64,000 nt of DNA from Oopsacas minuta (taxonomy: Eukaryota > Animalia > Porifera). Both the position numbers and the translations under genes were made by a program. Positions 39,517 to 49,805 of the stretch are shown one piece after another (position 1 is the first letter of the stretch; every line of letters starts with the position of its first letter). Below the pieces are notes generated by a model. The model saw nothing but the letters and a program-made list of their open reading frames with translations. It had not been told where the DNA came from and did not search any database. Location of the stretch: contig JAKMXF010000023.1 of NCBI GenBank assembly GCA_024704765.1, positions 24,883-88,882 on the forward strand, given 5' to 3'.

Positions 39517-41248
39517 TTATAACGCTGGTAACAATTCCATTTTAATTTGAAGAGTTATGCTGTCTTTTTTACAATATTTAGCTTCTAATATTTCAGTTTT
39601 TTAAATGAATAAAATTCCCATATCGCTATCATTTCTCAGCTCAGTAGGTCTCTCGAAGCTACTAGGATATTTCTTTAAATATTCCTTAGTTACTTTCAGA
39701 TTGTGTTTATAATTATTATTACTGTTAATGCGATTAAGTAGAATTAACGTACATTTGTATCTGATAGGCCAGTGTAGTTTATAATCATAAGCGCCTTTCA
39801 TAATAAAAATGGAAACATATACTGTATTTTCATTCCACCGATTCCATTGAATTTTCCCCTGACACTTGTATAAACCTACATAGAATGGATCACTGTAAAT
39901 ATCCTCTTGGTTTTCTATCTTCTGTTCAACACCTTTAATCTTCCATTCCAATTGTCCTGGAGGTAGAGATAGAGGTGCATAAGAATAGAGTATTTCCTTA
40001 ATTGATTTCAGTTCTGAATCCTTTTTAGTATTATCTTGCTTTTGTTTCTGATTGAATCTAATTACCAGCAGTATAGCTATACTCATGATAACTAGTGCAA
40101 AAAATATCCATATAGTCCTGCTTCTAGTAGTATCAATTCCATTCAAAGAGCTTGTTGTTCCAAATTCCTTCTTATCCATTTGGTTACTCAGCTGTTCGTT
40201 GCCAGTTCTCAGCTGATTGTTCACGCACTAATTTCTGGTGACTTATCGTATTCTGAGTTATATGTGTTCCAGGTCTTTTATCAGTATTCCAATTGTGTCA
40301 CAAACAACTTCCTTGTAAGGATATGAATAGACTGTTTATGCGTTTGTATAGACTGTATGACTGACTGTATAGACTGTTCGAGTGTCTGTACAGATAGTTC
40401 GTTCTGGTGTATCCTGTCTCTCTCCATAAGTAGGAGAGGGATTAGAATAGCCATACCCGTGATAACTAATGCTAACAAAATCCATATACTCCTGTTAGTA
40501 TTCGTATTACTCCTAAGCAAATTGGTTTGTATGTTTCTTGTTTCAAATTCGTTCTTATTCATTTTGTCACTCAGCTGTTTGTTCTCAGTTCTCAGCTGTT
40601 CGTTACCAATTCTCAGCTGATTCAATTCATGTACCAATAATTCCTGGTGACTAATCATATTCTGAGTTATATGTGTGTTCAGGTCCTTTCTTGCTATTTC
40701 AATTGTCTCACAACCTACTTCCTTATAAGGACATGTAACAACACCATCTGGATTGTCCAGACAAATTCTAGCGTGTTCGTTTGTTCTGTTAGCTTGTACT
40801 TCTTTTCTACAGTACTCGCACCTTTGATTACGGAAGGGACACTTTTTCTGGTGGTCCAATGTGTCACATTTTTGTAACACTTCTCCACATCCTTTCTGAC
40901 ATTCTATTTTCACTTTAACACAACCACTTATGTGTTCCACAATATTATCCAGCTTTCCTAACCAATCACAACCTCGTATTGATAGAGGACATCTGCATTT
41001 CAGTTCCCTTACAAACCCGTCTACTCTCCCATCAACTTCCCCGCCTTTACCCTATGTACAATTTGTACAGAATGTCTTGCCTTCAGACATTTGTGGTTTA
41101 ATGCTAATTCCATCACATTTTGAGCATATTAATAATTTCTCAATATTCTCAGGGACCTGTTCCTTGAGTAGGTCTGTTCGATACCCCTCATACTCACGTA
41201 GATGAGAGCAGTTATAGAGTCTGGTGTTACAGGTTCTCTCTCTGCCAT
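39517..41248 (-). pseudogene. Transmembrane TRAF-like gene, left copy (RING-like, Zn fingers, 2 TM-containing modules, MATH), disabled
   Basis: Collinear with the right copy and with the TRAF MATH at 1879-2420. Lesions: 13-bp deletion near 41185, TAG at 41054-41052, two 1-bp deletions near 40325 and 40270, in-frame TAA at 39603-39601. The frame resumes KTEILEAKYCKKDSITLQI to the stop at 39517. Confidence 0.85.
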
Positions 41249-42770
41249 GTACCCACTTGTTTACTTGTTAGTTAGTTATTACTTATCAGATAATTCAGTT
41301 CTTATGAGCATACGTTATAGTGTATCTGATATTTGAGAAGTTTATTAATAGAATAACTGTGCAGTAATTCAATAGCTATTACATAGGAGAGTAATTTCAA
41401 TAGTCTTATGAATTTATGACAGCTTGTGTACATGAAATGCTCAGCAAAGGTGTGATATATGATTAAACTCATGAAAAACATAATTATGTGTATATTCCTA
41501 GCATGCATTCTCCACCTATCAAACGGTGTTATAATATAAGTACAGTAATCATAATATACGATTGTCTACTGAAACTTCAAAATGTCCTATTTGAGATAGT
41601 TCAACTCGTCAGCTGCATTTTCGCTTTTATGAGCTAATCAATTAGAATTATAGTTTTTCGAGTTATTTACTAAATCGTATCACACAATGACAAAATCTAA
41701 ACAAATCATAAATTCATAAGTAACTATTGAAATGAATATCCGTATAATGAGTGTTGGATGCTCTTTAGGAACGGGAGGAGACCTGTTATACCCATTTCTA
41801 TAATAGTAGTAGTAAACACAACTTCCCTAGCACGAACTAATGGAGGGCATTTGATTAGGAACTATCCCCCAAGCATGAAGATAGGGATTCATATACTATA
41901 CTTATGGATTAGATCTCTGAACACGACACCTCTGGTTCTATCAACAAATATGTAACACCTGTATAGTGTATATAATTACTTGTATATATGAAGAAATATT
42001 ATATATCAAAGAATATCCTTACTGTTGTTTATTTTCTTATTCATACCGTAGAACAATCCCATATATTATTATGTACTCACTTCTTCCTTAATATCAAGTG
42101 ATCTGAGGATATAATACATTTGTAATTTTAACGTTACTGAGATATATTAGGTAATATGGATGACACATGTTTTGTCAATATCCATTTATTACTCCATAGT
42201 CACTAAAGTTATTATCAAATCACCCCAACCAATATGCACTACATACCAAACTTCTCATACCCTTGTAATATATTTTCTTACGATATTATTGTGTCATCTT
42301 TGATAATAACCAAAATATGAGTAAATTCACAATAGAGTCACACGGGTTAGAGCTATCGTATCAAATTGTATTACAAGGGAATGGGAAGTTTGGTATTTAG
42401 TGCAGATTGGCTGGAGTGATTTGATAATAACTCTAGTGACTATCGAGTAATAAATGGATTGAACAAATATGTGTCATTCATGGTATCCAACATAACTAAG
42501 TGCCGTGACAACTTTATCATTACAAAATTTCTATATTTAGTATGAAACATCTATAAATTACCTGCTGTTAATTTTGGAATCGGAGTCACAATAGTTTTCG
42601 ATTAACACAGCTTGAAATGGCAAATGTTTGACAACATTTTCCCTATTTGGAAATCCGATGACGTCATTTCGGGCTGACATAAGTTTGATGATATAGCTAG
42701 TATCAATTATTAACTTTCAATAATACATGAGCCAAGGGCTCGTCGCTTCGCGATTAACTCGGTACATTGC
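39654..42770. repeat. Left arm of inverted segmental duplication (A 39654-42091, B 42086-42770)
   Basis: Reverse-complement match to 45595-48443 (A) and 48445-49129 (B), including near-identical promoter and non-coding sequence. Confidence 0.92.
42150..42487. mobile_element. Palindromic MITE with long (about 110 bp) imperfect TIRs; second copy near 48730-49065
   Basis: 42163-42268 is the reverse complement of 42369-42476 with scattered mismatches. Confidence 0.6.
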
Positions 42771-42890
42771 ACCTCGAGATATCCATTATTCTTCAAATTG
42801 ACGGCCCTTTTGAGTATTATAATATATATATTTAGAACAATGTAATTCACTAATATACGTATATGGCATATATTATTGAATAATTGTCTC
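42728..42890 (-). mobile_element. Helitron-like family A 3-prime fragment
   Basis: Reverse complement matches 4340-4500, ending GCGAAGCGACGAGCC..GGCTC. Confidence 0.65.
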
Positions 42891-43838
42891 ATATATTCTA
42901 ATATATCCATGAGAATTGTAACGAATCAATTCAAAATCTCTACTCATTCCTAACCCGAGTTCTTCAAAAATCATTTGATGAGATAAATTAAAATTTTTGT
43001 AATATCGTATTCGTGAACTTCCGAGATACCAAACTCCAAACTTTACAAATATCTTATTTGAGAAATCTCTCCCAATCAGCAAATTACCAAAAGGGTCGAA
43101 ACAAAGAGACAAATTCATATTGGCTGGAATGAATTGTTTGTTAAAGATCACACTTTGAATAAGCTCTCTATTAGCTAATGAATAGCGAAGAATGGTAACT
43201 TTTGATCTGCAATTTTGACTTGGACTATCTTCAGTACTAACAACAACCATCTTGTCTTCTTGGATTTGGATGGCAATAGGATGATACCCTGGTGTCTGAT
43301 ATGCACTGAATTCGCCAATATACTGCAAATCATGTGAGTATACATATATCTGAGGCTTATTAGAATAATACAGATAAATATTATCATCTTTATCACAGTC
43401 CATAGAATATCCCGATCCCTTTCCTGATAGACTTATATGCTTCACATTGTAATCATTGGATCGAGCTAGCATGTCTACTCTATAATTGTCATACACTACA
43501 AGAAACATATCATTTGATAGAAATTGTATCCTAGGATAGTAATGAGATATAGTAGAAGGAATAGAATAACGAGTTATAAGCTCTCCGTCGACAGTGTATA
43601 TAGTGTACATGATTACCTGAGGAAGATAGCAATATTCGCGAGAGCAAATAGCAATTAGGGATTCTGTTGAATGAAGGCAAAATGCTACAATATTAGTTGA
43701 AATACGAAATTCCCTAATCGTGCTATTGGTAAAATCATAAATTTCTTTGCTTTCATTAATAGGTTTATACTTCTTAGTTTTCTGTCTCTTAGCAGTTTCC
43801 TCTTCGGCTGTTTTGTCAATTGATCCACGTTTACTCAT
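42873..43838 (-). CDS. Uncharacterised 321-aa protein, probable degenerate NHL-type beta-propeller with basic N-terminus
   Basis: Long ATG-initiated ORF. DCDKDDNIYLYYSNKPQIYVYS and LCFDPFGNLLIG resemble NHL blades; KRQKTKKYK is NLS-like. Confidence 0.6.
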   Translation of the reverse strand: MSKRGSIDKTAEEETAKRQKTKKYKPINESKEIYDFTNSTIREFRISTNIVAFCLHSTESLIAICSREYCYLPQVIMYTIYTVDGELITRYSIPSTISHYYPRIQFLSNDMFLVVYDNYRVDMLARSNDYNVKHISLSGKGSGYSMDCDKDDNIYLYYSNKPQIYVYSHDLQYIGEFSAYQTPGYHPIAIQIQEDKMVVVSTEDSPSQNCRSKVTILRYSLANRELIQSVIFNKQFIPANMNLSLCFDPFGNLLIGRDFSNKIFVKFGVWYLGSSRIRYYKNFNLSHQMIFEELGLGMSRDFELIRYNSHGYIRIYETIIQ

Positions 43839-44255
43839 TTGAGTGTTATTATGTTATGTATAGTAATAGCTAACTTATTAATACAAGATTCGGTAAATAC
43901 AATCTGTGCCGACAGCGGTCTATACAGGCAGCCCTCGCCGTTCACGGGGGTTACGTTCTTGAGAAATGTTGCGAACCGCAAGACGTTAGTTCAAATGATA
44001 ATAGTGGTGTTCCTAAAATAACAAACAATAATGCTAGAAAATATGATTGGAATGTGTAATAATTATCAGTTTTAACAAGATTAATAGTATTCTAATATTA
44101 CTTGTCATTCGACAAAATTCTGACTATTTGAATAATAGAATATTTACTTGTTTCCCTCTCCTGACTCTCGTAGCAGAGTATAGCTGGAATTCTATTGTAT
44201 GTAATCTAGCTTACTGGCTACAAATTCAATATCCTTTAATTGAATGTATTACATA

Positions 44256-45568
44256 CCAGGTTGTCCAAAAAGTTCGCGGAATTGCAAATATATTTTATTT
44301 ATCAATGATTCATACTCAACTAATTATTGTTCATAGTTTTCAATAAATTCACCTTTAACCTCGATACATTTCTTCCATTTTGATGGGAGTTTATTTATTC
44401 CTGTGGTGAAGGATTTTTCAGGGGTACCTTGAAACCATGAATTTACAGCGGACCTAAGGTGCTCAAAATCGCTGAAACGTTTACCTCTAAGTGGTCTTTT
44501 CATTTCTGAAAAAAGCCAGTAGTCGCTGGGCGCTAGATCTGGGCTGTATGGGGGATGTGGGAGTAATTCGAATCCTAAATGTTGAATTTCATCCAAAGTT
44601 CGCCTGCTGGTATGGGCTGGAGCATTATCATGCTGAAGCAAAACATGAGAACTCAACTTGCCACGCCTCTTAGACTTGATAGCTTCGCGCAATTTCTTCA
44701 GAACTTGAACATAGTATTCAGTATTTATTGTTACTTTGTTAGGTAACCAATCAATAATGATTATTCCCTTTGTGTCCCAAAAAACTGTTGCCATCCGTTT
44801 ACCTGCTGATGCGACGGCTCTGGGTCTAATAGGAGTTGATTCATGCCTACGCTTCCATTGACTCGTCTGTAAACTTGTCTTAGGCTCATAAAAATGTAAC
44901 CAAGTCTCGTCCCCTGTGACTAAACGATCAAAGAACCTTGGCTCCTTCTTAGAAATCCGTAAGAGCTGGCGACAAACACGAACCCTTTCAATCCTTTGAG
45001 ATTCAGATAACAATTTGGGAACCCAACGAGAAAGAACTCTCGACATTCCCAATTGTTCAGTTAGAATCTTATCAAGTATTGATTTTGACATCCCCAATTC
45101 TTCCTCTAACTGCCGCAGAGTCACACGTCTATCTTTATCAAGAATGTTTGATATAATTTTGTTATTTTCTTGGTTGGAACATGTTTTCGGACGACCAGGT
45201 CTTGGGTTATCATCAACAGTTGAATGCCCATCATTAAATCTGTCAATCCATTTGTAAACCATCAATTTACCAGGGCATCTACTACCATAAACCTTTTCCA
45301 TCTCGTAGAGAATCTCGCTTCCACTTTTATTTTGTTTCCAGAGAAACCAAATGATATATCGTTTCCCATCTTCTGAGTTTTCCATTTTAGAAAAAAATAC
45401 GACAATCGTAAATGATGCTAAAGAATACCTAAACCAAACTTTTTGATTACAAAAGTTAGGATAATTGAGATAAGGAATATTAGAATTAATCGAAACAATA
45501 GGGTAATTGATAGAGTGTATATAACACAAACTAGGGATAAAATTCCGCGAACTTTTTGGACAACCTAG
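44256..45568 (-). mobile_element. Full-length mariner transposon (1313 bp)
   Basis: 28-bp TIRs C(C/T)AGGTTGTCCAAAAAGTTCGCGGAATT with one mismatch, TA TSD on both sides, intact transposase ORF. Confidence 0.96.
44324..45385 (-). CDS. Mariner transposase, DD34D, 353 aa (from MENSEDG)
   Basis: Two HTH regions, WVPKLL, DETW, HDNA, YSPDLAPSD with 34 residues between the last two Asp. No stops. Confidence 0.95.
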   Translation of the reverse strand: MENSEDGKRYIIWFLWKQNKSGSEILYEMEKVYGSRCPGKLMVYKWIDRFNDGHSTVDDNPRPGRPKTCSNQENNKIISNILDKDRRVTLRQLEEELGMSKSILDKILTEQLGMSRVLSRWVPKLLSESQRIERVRVCRQLLRISKKEPRFFDRLVTGDETWLHFYEPKTSLQTSQWKRRHESTPIRPRAVASAGKRMATVFWDTKGIIIIDWLPNKVTINTEYYVQVLKKLREAIKSKRRGKLSSHVLLQHDNAPAHTSRRTLDEIQHLGFELLPHPPYSPDLAPSDYWLFSEMKRPLRGKRFSDFEHLRSAVNSWFQGTPEKSFTTGINKLPSKWKKCIEVKGEFIENYEQ

Positions 45569-46438
45569 TACATTTTGAAATAATTGTATTGTATTTAAGG
45601 AAGAAGTGAGTACATAATAATGTATGGGATTGTTCTACGGTATGAAATAAGGAAACAAACAACAGTAAGGATATTCTTTGATATATAATATTTCTTCATA
45701 TATACAAGTAATTATATACACTATACAGGTGTTACATATTTGTTGATAGAACCAGAGGTGTCGTGTTCAGAGATCTAATCCATAAGTATGGTATATGAAT
45801 CCCTATCTTCATGCTTGGGGGATAGTTCCTAATCAAATGCCCTCCATTAGTTCGTGCTAGGGAAGTTGTGTTTACTGCTACTATTATAGAAATGGGTATA
45901 ACAGGTCTCCTCCCGTTCCTAAAGAGCATCCAACACTCATTATACGGATATTCATTTCAATAGTTTGTTATGAATTTATGATTTGTTTAGATTTTGTCAT
46001 TGTGTGATACGATTTAGTAAATAACTCGAAAAACTATAATTCTAATTGATTAGCTCATAAAAGCGAAAATGCAGCTGACGAGTTGAACTATCTCAAATAG
46101 GACATTTTGAAGTTTCAGTAGACAATCGTATATTATGATTACTGTACTTATATTATAACACCTTTTGATAGGTGGAGAATGCATGCTAGGAATATACACA
46201 TAATTATGTTTTTCATGAGTTTAATCATATATCACACCTTTGCTGAGCATTTCATGTACACAAGCTGTCATAAATTCATAAGACTATTGAATTTACTCTC
46301 CTATGTAATAGCTATTGAATTACTGCACAGTTATTCTATTAATAAACTTCTCAAATATCAGATACACTATAACATATGCTCATAAGAACTGAATTATCTG
46401 ATAAGTAATAACTAACTAACAAGTAAACAAGTGGGTAC

Positions 46439-48443
46439 ATGGCAGAGAGAGAACTTGTAACACCAGACTCTATAACTACTCTCATCTACGTGAGTAAGAG
46501 GGGAGAGACAGGAGGGTATCGAACAGACCTACTCAAGGAACAGGTCCCTGAGAATATTAAGAAATTATTAATATGCTCAAAATGTGATGGAATTAGCATT
46601 AAACCACAAATGTCTGAAGGCAAGACATTCTGTACAAATTGTACATAGGGTAAAGGCGGGGAAGTTGATGGGAGAGTAGACGGGTTTGTAAGGGAACTGA
46701 AATGCAGATGTCCTCTATCAATACGAGGTTGTGATTGGTTAGGAAAGCTGGATAATATTGAGGAACACATGAATGGTTGTGTTAAAGTGAGAATAAAATG
46801 TCAGAAAGGATGTGGAGAAGTGTTACAAAAATGTGACACATTGGACCACCAGAAAAAGTGTCCCTTCCGAAATCAAAGGTGCGAGTACTGTAGAAAAGAA
46901 GTACAAGCTAACAGAACAAACGAACACGCTAGAATTTGTCTGGACAATCCAGATGGTGTTGTTACATGTCCTTATAAGGAAGTAGGTTGTGAGACAATTG
47001 AAATAGCAAGAAAGGACCTGAATAGACATATAACTCAGAATATGATTAGTCACCAGGAATTATTGGTACATGAATTGAATCAGCTGAGAATTGGTAACGA
47101 ACAGCTGAGAACTGAGAACAAACAGCTGAGTGACAAAATGAATAAGAACGAATTTGAAACAAGAAGCAAACAAACCAATTTGTATAGAAGTGATACAAAT
47201 ACTAACAGGAGGATATGGATTTTGTTAGCACTAGTTATCACGGGTATGGCTATTCTAATCCCTCTCCTACTTATGGAGAGAGACAGGATAAAACAGAATG
47301 AATTATCTATACAGACACACGAACAGTCTATACAGTCACATGAACAGTCTATACAGTCAACAGTACAGTCTATACAGTCACATGAACAGTCTATACAGTC
47401 ACATGAACAGTCTATACAGTCAACAGTACAGTCTATACAGTCACATGAACAGTCTATACAGTCACATGAACAGTCTATACAGTCAACAGTACAGTCTATA
47501 CAGTCAACAGTACAGTCTATACAGTCACATGAACAGTCTATACAGTCACATGAACAGTCTATACAGTCACATGAACAGTCTATACAGTCACATGAACAGT
47601 CTATACAGGCAGATGAACAGTCTATACAGTCAAATGAACAGTCTATACAGTCAAATGAACAGTCTATTACATATCCTTACAAGGAAGTTGGTTGTGACAC
47701 AATTGGAATACTGAGAAAAGACATGGAAACATATATAACTCAGAATACGAAAAGTCACCAGAAGTTAATGCGTGAATTCAATCAGCTGAGAACTGGCAAC
47801 GAACAGCTGAGAAGTGAGAACAAAGAGCTGAGTGACAAAATGAATAAGAACGAATTTGAAACAAGAAACATACAAACCAATTTGCTTAGGAGTAATACGA
47901 ATACTAACAGGAGTATATGGATTTTGTTAGCACTAGTTATCACGGGTATGGCTATTCTAATCCCTCTCCTACTTATGGAGAGAGACAGGATAAAACAGAA
48001 TCAACTATCTATACAGACACTCGAACAGTCTATAAAGTCAACCATACAGTCTATACAGACACATAAACAGTCTATTACATATCCTTACAAGGAAGTTGTT
48101 TGTGACACAATTGGAATACTGAGAAAAGACCTGGAAACACATATACCTCAGAATACGATAAGTCGCCAGAAGTTAACGCGTGAATTCAATCAGCTGAGAA
48201 CTGGAATGAACAGCTGAGAAGTGAGAACATACAGCTGAGTAACTCTTTGAATGGAATTCATACTACTAGAAGTGAGACTACATGGATATTATTAGCACTA
48301 GTTATCATGTGTATAACTGCGCTGCTGAGTAAGGCTATAGGAATGTATTTGGGTCATACTTAATCACATTAACAGTAATGATAAGTATCAATACACTAAT
48401 AAAGTAACTAAGGAATATTTGGAGAAATATCCCAATAGCTTCG
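46439..48443 (+). pseudogene. Transmembrane TRAF-like gene, right copy (in-frame TAG at 46646-46648; 482-aa ORF 46769-48217; MATH mostly deleted and truncated)
   Basis: RING-like CSKC..CTNC, TRAF Zn fingers, three tandem modules with IWILLALVITGMAILIPLLL-type helices, frameshift near 48205, residual MATH KVTKEYLEKYPNSF fused to a repeat. Confidence 0.8.
47315..47668 (+). repeat. Coding 21-bp minisatellite, 17 units encoding SHEQSIQ/STVQSIQ heptads
   Basis: Units TCACATGAACAGTCTATACAG and TCAACAGTACAGTCTATACAG counted directly. Confidence 0.95.
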
Positions 48444-49805
48444 CGCAATGCACCGAGTTAATCGCGAAGCGACGAGCCTTTGGCTCATGTATTATTGAAA
48501 GTTAATAATTGATACTAGCTATATCATCAAACTTATGTCAGCCCGAAATGACGTCATCGGATTTCCAAATAGGGAAAATGTTGTCAAACATTTGCCATTT
48601 CAAGCTGTGTTAATCGAAAACTATTGTGACTCCGATTCCAAAATTAACAACAGGTAATTTATAGATGTTTCATACTAAATATAGAAATTTTGTAATGATA
48701 AAGTTGTCACGGCACTTAGTTATGTTAGATACCATGAATGACACATATTTGTTCAATCCATTTATTACTCGATAGTCACTAGAGTTATTATCAAATCACT
48801 CCAGCCAATCTGCACTAAATACCAAACTTCCCATTCCCTTGTAATACAATTTGATACGATAGCTCTAACCCGTGTGACTCTATTGTGAATTTACTCATAT
48901 TTTGGTTATTATCAAAGATGACACAATAATATCGTAAGAAAATATATTACAAGGGTATGAGAAGTTTGGTATGTAGAACATATTGGTTGGGGTGATTTGA
49001 TAATAACTTTAGTGACTATGGAGTAATAAATGGATATTGACAAAACATGTGTCATCCATATTACCTAATATATCTCAGTAACGTTAAAATTACAAATGTA
49101 TTATATCCTCAGATCACTTGATATTAAGGTTCTAAATTCTTAACTCAATTCTATATGAGTAATTCAATTACGGTAACTAGTTGATCATATTTTCACACCT
49201 TTTTGCTTATATTAATGATGCTAGAGATTTCATTTCAACTGTTAGCCAGGGTAATCGAGTATGAAGATTCCATTTTGTAATTTTCAAATCTATATCTACA
49301 TATTTATCATTACAGGTATCCTTCGCCGTTCCCCGGGGTTACGTTCCAGTAAATTTGAACGACAAATTCGGGAAAGGCGAGACTATAGCTATACGAGGAT
49401 AGTGGAGTTACGTTCCTAGATTTCAGGAGTACACACAAACAGTGCAAATAAACACAATCAGAATCAATAAAATAATAGAAAATAGTTATGAGTTAAATTT
49501 TTTTGTTTCTTTACAAATTGAATTGGAAAATCAAGACTTCTAATACTTGGCCGTAGACAAAGCATAGTAGATCCTGTTTCTTGAAATATACCTTCTTATT
49601 CTTAATAAAATAGAAATCTATCTCCCCTGTAAGTATATGTCTTGTGCATATGTGTATTGAATTCTGAACAATACACTAGCTAATAATGTGGATTGTCCCA
49701 ATACTCATTGCAACAAGTAACAAACTCGTGATCAAGATTGACTCTAACAGGCATACAATAATATATAAATAAAAAACTATAATATTGTGTACATTATCTG
49801 ACTTA

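Larger units (their letters stand above)
45595..49129. repeat. Right arm of the inverted duplication, circularly permuted and bounded by TTAAGG direct repeats
   Basis: TTAAGG at 45595-45600 and 49124-49129; both correspond to the single CCTTAA at 42086-42091. Confidence 0.88.

Noticed and set aside
41302-41955. Short ORFs repeated at 45732-46385 as conserved small genes
   Set aside because: Their identity is explained by the recent segmental duplication; no coding hallmarks.
46646-46648. Stop-codon recoding (Sec/Pyl) in the TRAF-like copies
   Set aside because: The codon is TAG rather than TGA, there is no SECIS evidence, and both copies carry other lesions; a nonsense mutation predating the duplication is simpler.
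47315-47668. CRISPR-like array
   Set aside because: Contiguous 21-bp units with no unique spacers, in frame within a eukaryotic ORF.
45595-49129. piggyBac element, suggested by TTAA at both ends
   Set aside because: No CCC..GGG termini, no TIRs, no transposase; the TTAA is part of a 6-bp direct microhomology.
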